Of a DNA stretch of 64,000 bases, positions 1 to 9,200 are shown piece by piece. The stretch comes from Minisyncoccia bacterium (GTDB taxonomy: Bacteria > Patescibacteriota > Minisyncoccia > Phycocordibacterales > UBA9973): NCBI GenBank assembly GCA_038244685.1, contig JBBRTD010000001.1, positions 2,339-66,338 of the forward strand, written 5' to 3'. The notes under the pieces are model-generated. The model was not told the DNA's origin and did no database searches. It worked only from the letters and a program-made list of their open reading frames with translations. How positions within the stretch are numbered: position 1 is the first letter of the stretch; each line of letters begins with the position of its first letter. The position numbers and the translations under genes were made by a program.

Positions 1-618
1 ATCGGCAATAATGTGTCCATAAAAATCTCCAAGATTTGGATCAAGAGTTGTAAATTGATAACTACCTATTTTAGCATCTGCATTTGTAACTGCATTTAAT
101 AAAGATGACTTCCCTGCATTCGGCAATCCTATTAAACCAATCTCGGCAAAAAGCTCTAGTTCTACTCTAAAGTTCCCTTCTTCTCCTGTTTTTCCTTTTG
201 TTGCTTTTGTAGGTGTTGTATTTGTAGAAGTCTTAAATTGTTCATTTCCATAACCACCAACTCCACCCTTAAGTAATAATTCTTTTTGTCCAACAGTCTC
301 CAGAGAAATAGAAGCACCACTTTCGGCACTTGTTATAATAGAACCCATAGGTAATTCTATTATCAAATCTTCTCCATCTTTACCATGTCGACTTCCTCCT
401 GCTCCTTCAAATCCATCATAGCCTCTAAACTCTTTCTTGTGTTTATATCTAGATAGAATATGGACATCTTGAACAGCGACAGCATATACACTGCCGCCTC
501 TTCCCCCGTCTCCACCGTTAGGACCTCCTTTATCTATAAACTTTTCCCGGCGCCAACGAACAACTCCGTCTCCGCCTCGGCCTGCTTTTGCAAAAAATTT
601 TATTTCGTCTATAAACAT
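1..618 (-). CDS. obg: GTPase Obg, N-terminal part (gene runs off window edge; start codon at 616-618)
   Basis: Reverse-strand translation from 618 gives MFIDEIKFFAKAGRGGDGVVRWRREKFIDKGGPNGGDGGRGGSVYAV...GLIGLPNAGKSSLLNAVTNA, i.e. Obg fold glycine-rich N-domain plus G1 motif GxPNAGKSS. Not in ORF track because it is open to the window edge. Confidence 0.9.
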   Translation of the reverse strand, partial: MFIDEIKFFAKAGRGGDGVVRWRREKFIDKGGPNGGDGGRGGSVYAVAVQDVHILSRYKHKKEFRGYDGFEGAGGSRHGKDGEDLIIELPMGSIITSAESGASISLETVGQKELLLKGGVGGYGNEQFKTSTNTTPTKATKGKTGEEGNFRVELELFAEIGLIGLPNAGKSSLLNAVTNADAKIGSYQFTTLDPNLGDFYGHIIAD

Positions 619-632
619 ATAATACTTATAAC

Positions 633-1547
633 TTACGCTATTAATGCTTTTTGGGCAAGCTCTATGGCCCCCTCTTTAGATTTAGCAGTTAAATAAAAAC
701 CATTCTGATGACAAAAAGTGGCGTCAGCAACTCCAGTGACTTCTTTTAGTTTTCCATCTTTTTCCATTAAGCCTCTCCATGCCTCTGGAAAATATTTGCG
801 ACTTTCCATTGTATCAATAGATTTTCTAATTGCTTCAACTTTCCATGCACTACTTTTTGAACTTGGATATACAAGATATATTGGCTCTGATAGTTTCGAA
901 AGCGTATTTTGCAAAAGGTAACGAGGAAAATCATTCTCAGCAATAACAATTCTTTTATCCTCCGATTTATTGTAATATTCTAAAAGAGTATTTATACCAT
1001 CAATATCATCTTTGGCTATTTTAATTTCTCTTTTTAATAAATTAACTACTTTTTTAACTTGTTTCTTAAAAATATTATTTATATCTTTATTGTCTTCTTT
1101 CCAGGTTGGAATTTCTGATAAAAAAATAGCCTCAACCCCATAAGGGAAAACATTCGGAATAATTGGTTTTGATATATCTACACCACTATCTTTCGCATCA
1201 ATCGATAGAACTATCTTTCTCTCTATATAATCCGCAACTTCACGATTTCCACAAATTTGTTCTCCATATGCCTTCCAAACTAAACCAAAAGAGGCATAAG
1301 GTATACCATTTTCTCTCACCCCTGCACCGCCTTTTTGATGGTGATCAAAAAAGTTTAAAGATGAATCATTTTCTCCTCCAACATCATAAACATAATCCCC
1401 CGTCTTTAATACAAGAGGGTCACGAGAGCGGATTATTTTAATATTTCCATTATTAAGTATTGAAAGAGTAGCGGTCGCAAAAAGATCATCGGCGTGGAAT
1501 GTTCCGTCATGGGTAACACATATTTTATTCTTATGAAAAAATGACAT
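633..1547 (-). CDS. MYG1/UPF0160 family metal-dependent hydrolase
   Basis: VTHDGTFHADDLFATA...RSRDP...DVGGENDSS..FDHHQKGG matches the MYG1/GAMM1 His-rich signature. Confidence 0.85.
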   Translation of the reverse strand: MSFFHKNKICVTHDGTFHADDLFATATLSILNNGNIKIIRSRDPLVLKTGDYVYDVGGENDSSLNFFDHHQKGGAGVRENGIPYASFGLVWKAYGEQICGNREVADYIERKIVLSIDAKDSGVDISKPIIPNVFPYGVEAIFLSEIPTWKEDNKDINNIFKKQVKKVVNLLKREIKIAKDDIDGINTLLEYYNKSEDKRIVIAENDFPRYLLQNTLSKLSEPIYLVYPSSKSSAWKVEAIRKSIDTMESRKYFPEAWRGLMEKDGKLKEVTGVADATFCHQNGFYLTAKSKEGAIELAQKALIA

Positions 1548-1550
1548 ATA

Positions 1551-2171
1551 TTATAATTCTTCTATGCTAGATTGATTAATATTAAATAATTCAAAAATAA
1601 ATGCACTAATTTTTTCTATAACGAAAAAGAAAATAAAGAAGATGAGAATCATCAAAAGAACGTTTCGAATATCTCTACTTATAGATAAGGCTGTGTAACC
1701 GAAAAAGTATCCTAATGTCATAACCCCAATAGACCATACTACCAATGAATAACTTTCCGCCTTTATATATATAGCAAGTGGAATTTTTTTATAACCTGAA
1801 AAGATAAGAGTAAACCATCCAATTCCTAATATAAAAAATCTTGAAATAAAAATTGACCAATAGGGTCTTTCTTTAAATTTTGGTAAAAAATATGAAATCC
1901 TTCCTTCCATCTTTCTAATAAATTTATTATGCGAATGATGTTTTTGTAAAAAAAAACCAACACTATATCCTAAAAAGGATTTCGTTGCACCTCCCAGAAT
2001 AACAGCAATGAGTGCAACAAAAATATGTATTGAACCTAAATATGAAAAAATACCAGCAAAAACAACAACAATTTCTCCTTCAAGAATAACTCCTAAAAAA
2101 ATTACAAGATAAACAATAATAGCGTGAATCTCAATAAAATGCCTTATTGTTCCAATAGAAATATACTCCAT
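1551..2171 (-). CDS. polytopic membrane protein, DedA/VTT-like (tentative)
   Basis: Multiple hydrophobic helices, LEGEIVVVFAG...LGYSVG region resembles DedA/SNARE-associated family; weak. Confidence 0.45.
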   Translation of the reverse strand: MEYISIGTIRHFIEIHAIIVYLVIFLGVILEGEIVVVFAGIFSYLGSIHIFVALIAVILGGATKSFLGYSVGFFLQKHHSHNKFIRKMEGRISYFLPKFKERPYWSIFISRFFILGIGWFTLIFSGYKKIPLAIYIKAESYSLVVWSIGVMTLGYFFGYTALSISRDIRNVLLMILIFFIFFFVIEKISAFIFELFNINQSSIEEL

Positions 2172-2177
2172 AAAATA

Positions 2178-2522
2178 TTAAAAATCAAAATGGAATACCT
2201 TTTTGAGAATCCAATTTATTACAGATACAAGAATGGCACCAACAAATGCGGCAGAAAAGGTTGTAACGTTAAATCCATTTATAACATTACCTAAATACCA
2301 GAATAATAAACCATTTACGACAAGAGAAAAAAGTCCAAGTGTCACAATATTTATAGGTAAGGTTAAAATATTTATAACTGGCTTAATAAACATGTTAAAC
2401 AAAGTTAAACAAGCCCCGACGATAAGAGCGACCCAAATAGGAGCCAAACTTATTCCTGAAATAATTTTTGTTGTAGCAAAAACAGCTAGAGATAAAATAA
2501 TCCAATGTAAAATAATTTTCAT
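2178..2522 (-). CDS. small 4-TMS membrane protein, phage-holin-4_2/YvlD-like
   Basis: 114 aa, four predicted TM helices, composition typical of PF04020 family proteins. Confidence 0.5.
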   Translation of the reverse strand: MKIILHWIILSLAVFATTKIISGISLAPIWVALIVGACLTLFNMFIKPVINILTLPINIVTLGLFSLVVNGLLFWYLGNVINGFNVTTFSAAFVGAILVSVINWILKKVFHFDF

Positions 2523-2534
2523 ACAATATATAAT

Positions 2535-2990
2535 TTAAATAAATAATTTATCGACGACCTCTTTAACTAAGGCACCATCAGCCTTTCCTTTAAGATCTTT
2601 CATAACAGACGCCATGAACATTCCCTTCTTTGTTGGATCTTTAATAGCAAGTTCACTAATCTTAACTTTTACAATCTCTTCGATATCGCCTACTTCCATT
2701 AATTTAGGTAAAAATTCTTCTATTATTTTAAGCTGAGCCGCTTCTCCTTCTACTAAATCCATACGATTACCTTTTGTAAATTGTTCAATTGAATCTTTTC
2801 TTTGTTTTGAGGCTCTTGTAATAACCTTAATAACATCATCGTCTGACAAAAAATCCTGAGGAGTTTTACCGGTAGCCACAAGTTCATTCGTAAAAGCAGT
2901 AACTAACCCTCTCATAACTTCAAGGCGAACACTATCTCTTGCTTTCATGGCTTCTTTTATATTGTTTTTTATTTGTTCATGTAGTGACAT
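2535..2990 (-). CDS. GatB/YqeY domain protein
   Basis: LHEQIKNNIKEAMKARDSVRLEVMRGLVTAF...; start moved to internal Met (MSLHEQ, 2988-2990) because the upstream 15 codons read as hydrophobic junk. Confidence 0.8.
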   Translation of the reverse strand: MSLHEQIKNNIKEAMKARDSVRLEVMRGLVTAFTNELVATGKTPQDFLSDDDVIKVITRASKQRKDSIEQFTKGNRMDLVEGEAAQLKIIEEFLPKLMEVGDIEEIVKVKISELAIKDPTKKGMFMASVMKDLKGKADGALVKEVVDKLFI

Positions 2991-3060
2991 ATGCTTATAT
3001 TGTAGCAAAAAGGCAACAAAATAAAAAGGAGTCATAAGACTCCTTTAAAATAAACACAAA

Positions 3061-3669
3061 CTATTCAAGACTTTCTATGATTTTTTGAACAGAAACTTCT
3101 AATGATCCAAACTTAATATTTTTCTTTAAAAAACCAAGTGCTAATTTGAGCTGCATTTCATTTTCTTTTACCACAGAAATATGATTTTTTAGTTCACCCT
3201 TAGCAAGAGAAATTGATTCTAAACACCAAATTTCCAAAAATTTACCTTCTTCTTGCCTTCTTGAACGAAGACATTCAAAACCATAGGAAATTAATTTATT
3301 AATCTCTTCCTTGTAGTTTCCGGGAGTATAAGACAATCCACAAACAGAATGAAAGGAAATGGAAACACGAGAGCAATCATCCTCATCTAATTTATCCATT
3401 TCAAGCAAAGAGTAAGTGCAGTCCATTTCAGATTTTGTGGCCTTCCGCCAGAATGGCAACATTTCTTCATCTAAAACTGGTGAAGGTAGTGGCTCATAAT
3501 ATGGGAAATATTCAAGTCTTCCATTTACGATTCTAATCCAATAGGTTCCATTTCCTCTTAAAGAGCCCAAGACGATTCTTTCCTCAATATCTGATAGGTC
3601 AGATATATCAATAATTTTTTTTGAATTATTATCCAGCTTAGTAGATACTTTTATTCTTATATCTTTCAT
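3061..3669 (-). CDS. hypothetical protein (202 aa, no recognisable motif)
   Basis: Long uninterrupted ORF in a gene-dense region; acidic, Cys-containing, no domain recognised. Confidence 0.5.
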   Translation of the reverse strand: MKDIRIKVSTKLDNNSKKIIDISDLSDIEERIVLGSLRGNGTYWIRIVNGRLEYFPYYEPLPSPVLDEEMLPFWRKATKSEMDCTYSLLEMDKLDEDDCSRVSISFHSVCGLSYTPGNYKEEINKLISYGFECLRSRRQEEGKFLEIWCLESISLAKGELKNHISVVKENEMQLKLALGFLKKNIKFGSLEVSVQKIIESLE

Positions 3670-3798
3670 AATTATAAATTTAAATGTTTTTATTAAAATA
3701 CCATTTAAAAATGATTATGTCAATATTTTTAATGGTCAATTTTCCAAAAAATTAAGAGTTATATCTGATATTTTTAGTTTATGTTAATATATAAATAT

Positions 3799-4521
3799 AT
3801 GAAAATTATATTTTTTGATACAGAAACAACAGGCAATGAGCCTAAAAAGGATTTACTTTGCCAACTCGCTTATAAGATAGGAGAAGAAAGTTTTTGCGAG
3901 CTTTATAAACCAGGAATTCCGATTCCACCAGAGGCAAGTGCTATCACCCACATCACCAATAAAATGGTTGCGGATAAACAAGCCTTCCAAGAAAGTAGTG
4001 AGTATAAAAATATCAAAGAATTATTTGAGGACAAAAACTCTGTAGTTGTGGCTCATAATGCAAAGTTTGATATTGCCATCATGGATAATGAAAAAATATA
4101 TCCATCAAACTTTATTTGCACTCTTCGTGTAGCAAGAGCTTTAGATAAAGAAAATGTCATTCCTCAATATAAACTACAATACTTAAGATACTACCTAGAT
4201 ATTGATATAGAAGCCGAAGCTCATGATGCGTTAGGAGATGTTCTTGTTCTTGAAAAACTATTTGAAAGATTGATAGCAAAAATAATGAAAGAAGATAATT
4301 TAAATGAAGAAGAGGCAGTTGCTAAAATGATAGAAATTTCAAGTAAGCCTTCAATGATGAATCTATTTTCATTTGGTAAACATAATGGAAAAACAGTAGC
4401 TGAGGTCGCAAGAATTGACCCTGGATATTTAGATTGGATGCTAACTCAAAAAGAACAGAACCCTGAAAACGAAGAAGATTGGATTTATACTCTCCGTCAT
4501 CATTTAGGTAGATTAGTTTAA
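3799..4521 (+). CDS. DnaQ-like DEDDh 3'-5' exonuclease with ExoX-type C-terminal domain
   Basis: Exo I FFDTETTG, Exo II VAHNAKFD, Exo III HDALGD; start set at MKIIFFDTETTG. Confidence 0.8.
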   Translation: MKIIFFDTETTGNEPKKDLLCQLAYKIGEESFCELYKPGIPIPPEASAITHITNKMVADKQAFQESSEYKNIKELFEDKNSVVVAHNAKFDIAIMDNEKIYPSNFICTLRVARALDKENVIPQYKLQYLRYYLDIDIEAEAHDALGDVLVLEKLFERLIAKIMKEDNLNEEEAVAKMIEISSKPSMMNLFSFGKHNGKTVAEVARIDPGYLDWMLTQKEQNPENEEDWIYTLRHHLGRLV

Positions 4522-4543
4522 AATTATGCTAAAATATTAAAAT

Positions 4544-5608
4544 ATGGAAATATTAACTATTGTATTCCTCGCTATACTTATTGCCCTTGTAATTGGATTA
4601 TTCTTTTTTTTAAAAAGAGAACCAATAATTAAAGACGATACTTCAATGCAATTAATGCTTACTCAGATAAATGAACTTTCTAGGACATTAGATAGTAAGC
4701 TCGGTGAATCACAAAAAGAAATCACACAAACAATGCGATTTCAATCAACTGAAACGTCAAGAATCATAGCAGATATAACAGAGAAAATTACTCGCCTTGA
4801 TGAGACAAATAAGCAAGTCGTTTCATTTGCAGACCAATTAAAAAATCTTCAAGACATATTAAAGAATCCTAAACAGCGTGGGGTCTTAGGAGAATATTAT
4901 TTAGAAACGTTACTTAAGAATACAATGCCTCCAGGATCATATGAAATGCAATACCAGCTTGGTAAAAGCGAAGACGGTAAAGATTTAATTCCAGACGCTG
5001 TTGTATTTGTAAAAGATAAAATTATTCCAGTGGATTCGAAATTCTCTCTTGAAAATTACAATCGTATAAGTGAGACAAATGATAAAACAGAAAAAGATAG
5101 ACTTGAGAAAGTTTTCGTCAACGACCTGAAAAACCGTATCGTTGAAACCTCAAAATATATTCAACCGGATAAAGGAACCATGGATTTTGCTTTCATGTTT
5201 ATCCCTCACGAAGCCATCTATTATGACTTACTCGTGAATAAGATTGGTGGTGGAAATAATGAAGAAACAGATAATTTAATCCAGAGAGCAGCCAGTAAAT
5301 ATAAAGTCATAATTGTTTCCCCTACTTCATTCCTAGCCTACCTTCAAACCGTTCTACAAGGACTCAAGGCCATGCAAATAGAAGAAAGTGCTAAGGATAT
5401 AGTAAAGAGAGTTGGTGAGCTTGGTACGCACTTAAGAATATATGAAGATTTACACCAAAAGCTTGGTAATGCTTTAACTACTACTGTAAATCATTTTAAT
5501 AAATCAAATAATGAATTTAGAAAAATAGATAAAGATGTTATGCGCATTACAGGAGAAGCAATAAGTATAGAGACTCTCTCAATAGAAAAACCTCAGATAG
5601 AAGAATAA
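4544..5608 (+). CDS. rmuC: DNA recombination protein RmuC
   Basis: N-terminal TM, long coiled-coil, C-terminal FMFIPHEAIYYDL nuclease-like RmuC domain. Confidence 0.75.
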   Translation: MEILTIVFLAILIALVIGLFFFLKREPIIKDDTSMQLMLTQINELSRTLDSKLGESQKEITQTMRFQSTETSRIIADITEKITRLDETNKQVVSFADQLKNLQDILKNPKQRGVLGEYYLETLLKNTMPPGSYEMQYQLGKSEDGKDLIPDAVVFVKDKIIPVDSKFSLENYNRISETNDKTEKDRLEKVFVNDLKNRIVETSKYIQPDKGTMDFAFMFIPHEAIYYDLLVNKIGGGNNEETDNLIQRAASKYKVIIVSPTSFLAYLQTVLQGLKAMQIEESAKDIVKRVGELGTHLRIYEDLHQKLGNALTTTVNHFNKSNNEFRKIDKDVMRITGEAISIETLSIEKPQIEE

Positions 5609-5610
5609 TA

Positions 5611-5645
5611 AAAACCTCTCGAAGAGATTCGAGAGGTTTTTATTA
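5611..5645. terminator. intrinsic terminator (hairpin cctctcgaa/ttcgagagg + T-run), bidirectional
   Basis: Perfect 9-bp GC-containing stem 5615-5636 flanked by A-run and T-run. Confidence 0.7.
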
Positions 5646-5656
5646 TTTGATATAGA

Positions 5657-6118
5657 TTAATAGTTACAAGAGTAAGAAGAACAAGGAATGTAACTCTTCT
5701 GGAATCCTCCACCGTAACCATATGATGGATAATTATTTCCATAATAACTGTTACCATAATTATAATATGAGTTTGAATTATTATTGTAATTCCCTCCATA
5801 ATTATAAGTTGGGTAAGAATTATAATTACTATATGAATTAGTATTATATCCATAACCATATGATGGATAAGAATTATAACTATTACCATAGTAACCACTA
5901 TCATAAGATGAATAACTATTTCCGTAATAACTGTTATCGTATGAAGAATAACTATTATTATAATAAGGAGAATAGCCTCCGTAATTATTATATCCATTGT
6001 AGCCTACGCCAACATGGAAATAATCCCAAAAAGATGCTTCTGATTTGGTTGGATTAACAAAAACCCCTAGACCAATCAATAAAACAAATATAAAAAATGT
6101 CATGTATATTCTTTTCAT
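5657..6118 (-). CDS. secreted Tyr/Asn/Ser/Gly-rich low-complexity protein
   Basis: Signal peptide MKRIYMTFFIFVLLIGLGVFVNPTKSEA then NSYSSYD/YGNSY/SYPSYGYGYN degenerate repeats, ends CSSYSCNY; consensus promoter upstream. Confidence 0.55.
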   Translation of the reverse strand: MKRIYMTFFIFVLLIGLGVFVNPTKSEASFWDYFHVGVGYNGYNNYGGYSPYYNNSYSSYDNSYYGNSYSSYDSGYYGNSYNSYPSYGYGYNTNSYSNYNSYPTYNYGGNYNNNSNSYYNYGNSYYGNNYPSYGYGGGFQKSYIPCSSYSCNY

Positions 6119-6127
6119 AATCTTTAT

Positions 6128-6156
6128 ATTATATAGCTTTTATATGCTTTTGTCAA
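6128..6156 (-). promoter_or_regulatory. sigma70-type promoter TTGACA-17-TATAAT for the Y/N-rich gene
   Basis: Minus-strand TTGACA (6151-6156), 17-nt spacer, TATAAT (6128-6133); predicted TSS about 3 nt before the AUG at 6116-6118. Confidence 0.45.
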
Positions 6157-6169
6157 TATAATAAAAATT

Positions 6170-6211
6170 ACAAAAATACCCTAGATAAATCAGGATTATC
6201 TAGGGTATTTA
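6170..6211 (-). terminator. intrinsic terminator downstream of the giant surface-protein gene
   Basis: 15-bp stem aaataccctagataa/ttatctagggtattt followed by T-run on the minus strand. Confidence 0.6.
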
Positions 6212-6219
6212 CTTTTATA

Positions 6220-9200
6220 CTATAAATTCAATAATTTAATTTTCGCTCTACTAATAGATCCAAAGTACCCTGCTGATGGATATACTTTATTTGCTTTTTG
6301 CCATTCAGATAGAGCTAGCTTTGTTAATTTTCCAAAATAATTAGTTGCTCCATTTAAAGATAATTTTCTTGAATTTGGTCCTTCATTTTCTTTAATTAAA
6401 AATAATTGCAATATCTTAACATCATTGTTTTTAATACCAAATTTTAAATCTTTTGTAACTTTAATTATTTCTACATTCGATGTAGTTTTTATTTCTACTG
6501 GATTAATAACAGGAGAAATAATAGCAATAGGAACTACAGGAGAAACAACAACGGGAGGACGGTACCCAGAACTACTACCTCCACCACTCGTATTACCGAT
6601 ACTGCCAGGAGTAATATACTCGAAAGTTGAAATAGAAGAATCATTTAAACTATTACAAACACGGATATAAATCTTTTGAGCAGGAGTAAAAGAAAGAGCC
6701 TGTGTGTAAAGAGTTCCATCGAGACAATCAACTGGCATGGAAACCGTAGAGTATTTCATATAAGTAGTAGTTATAACTTCCCCACTACCACCTGCGGAAA
6801 TGATATATGCGAAGCTGGCAATCGAAGAATTCCCAGCATCATCACAAGCGCGAACATATATTGTTTGGGAATCAGATACTGCAATAGCTCCTGCATATAA
6901 AATTCCTGACGAGCATGATGAAGGTGTTGCATCTATGGCATATCTTATATAATTACTTCCAACAGAGCTAAGAACAACTGACTGAGAAGAATAATATGTT
7001 TTAGGGGTAAGAGAAGACAAAGGGATTTCTGGTGGTGTTGTATCAATATTATAAATGAAACTTGCAGTGGAAGAATTTCCTGCATCATCACAAGCTCGTA
7101 CGTAAACAGTTCCCCCAGGTGAAGACATTAATATTTCACCACTATAATTTAAACCAAGAGAGCAATCATTTGGCATTATGCTTGTTCCATATTTAATATA
7201 ACTACTTCCTTCGGAACTCAATGATATTGATTGATTAGAATTATATATTCCAGGAAGAACAGAAGATACTGGGGTCGAAGGTGAAACAGTATCAATAACA
7301 TATACAAAACTTGATGTTGATGAATTATTAGCTACATCACAAGATCGAACATAAATAGTTTGAGATGAAGATATATTTATAGGTCCAGAATATAATGAAC
7401 CAGCGGAACAATCTGCTGGCATAGAAGAAGTATCATAACGAATAGAATCACTTCCTGAGGCGCTTATTGATATTGATTGATTTGAATTAAAAGTACCAGA
7501 CAAAGGAGAAGCAATCGGTGTTAGTGGTTCTGTTGTATCAATTGTATATATGAAACTTGAAGTTGTTGAATTACCAGCTGTATCACAAGCGCGAACATAA
7601 AGTGTAGACGAAGAAGAGATAGAAATTGATCCAGAATATAAGGTACCAAGAGAACAAGTCGCTGGCATTGAAGCAAGTCCATATCTTATATAATCACTAC
7701 CAATTGATGACAATGAGGCAGATTGAACACTATTATAAATTCCTGGTGTCACCGAAGATAAGGGCGTTTCTGGTGGAACCATATCAATAACATATGCAAA
7801 ACTTACTGTTGAAGAATTCCCAGCATCATCACAAGCGCGAACATAAAGAGTGGATGAAGAAGAAACTGGAACAGGACCAGAATATAATGTACCAAGAGAG
7901 CAAGTGGCTGGCATTGAAGCGTTAGAGTATTTAATGTAATTACTATCAATAGAACTTAAAGAAACAGATAGTGCTGTATTGTAAGAACCAGAAGTAAATG
8001 AAGAGATTGGAATCTCGGGTGATACTGTATCTATAATATATTCAAAGCTAGAGGTAGATGAATTCCCTACACTATTACAAGCTCGAGCATAAATAGTTTG
8101 AGATGAAGATATATTTATCGGACCAGAATATAATGTACCAAGAGAGCAAGTGGCAGGAATCGCATCAGTTGCATATTTAATATAATCACTACCAGTAGAA
8201 CTTATAGATACAGATTGAGGAGAATTATATAAACCCGGCAATGGCAAAGCCTGCGGAGTAATAATTGAAATATCACTCACTGTTATTTCAATACCAAAAG
8301 TAATAATACCTCCTGTATTTTGAGCTGTAACTGTATAAGTCGAGAGAGAATTAATTGAAGTTGGTGTTCCAGATATAATACCGGTTATTTCATCAAGAGA
8401 AAGCCCTGCAGGTAAACTAGGAGATATAGAATAAGTAATTCCCTGTCCTGTTACTGTTGGAGAAAGAGGAGTAATAATTGTCCCTCGAGTATAAAGATTG
8501 GGAGTGTTATAAGAAAGAGAACTAGGTGCTACATCATTTACACTTATGTTAATACCAAAATTAACACTACCTCCTGTATTTAAAGCTGTAACAGTATGAT
8601 TGGATGAAGAAATAATTTCTGTTGGTGTTCCACTTATCACACCAGTTGAAGTATTGAAGGAAAGTCCAGATGGTAAACTAGGAGATATAGAATAAGTAAT
8701 TCCCTGTCCTGTTACTGTTGGAGAAAGAGGAGTAATTGTATTATTTTTAGTATAAATATTTGGAGAATTATAAGACAAAGAGCTGGGTGCGGCCAAAAGA
8801 TTTTCTTTGATTTCAAATGCATTTAAAAAGCCATAACCCCAAGCTGCAACCTTAGGAGCCACAGTTACTTCTATCTCACCACTAACAGGAAGAACATCTA
8901 AAAATTCAACGGTATTAGTAAGATTAGTTTTTACGATAAGCTCCTTGGTCTGGCCTCCAATTGTATAAAGAGTTATCGCACTATTTCCAGTTGCCCCAAC
9001 AGCAGAAGTAGATCCAAATAATTTAATATTATAAGTTTTCATACTTTCTAAACCATAAATTTTAAATTTAGCAGGAGTTGTTGTGGACGAATATATCTGA
9101 ACATTTTCATTAATAACTGTATCTGGATATAGACCAGTATTGTTTCCACTTGTATAACCATTCAAGCCTCCTGATTTAAATGGAGCAGTATTTGATAGAG

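Noticed and set aside
460-1441. Plus- and minus-strand ORFs 460-696, 718-921, 767-949, 1163-1441
   Set aside because: They lie entirely antisense or out of frame within obg and the MYG1 gene, which have strong motif support
5593-5997. 134-aa ORF rich in I/V/M/H on the minus strand
   Set aside because: It is the alternative reading frame of the same Y/N-repeat DNA as 5657-6118. It has no signal peptide or start context, and its composition is an artefact of translating the repeat out of frame
6601-8797. Possible CRISPR array because of regularly spaced direct repeats
   Set aside because: The repeats are ~250 nt long and contiguous, with no short spacers, and they translate in frame into protein domain repeats. 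No cas genes are present
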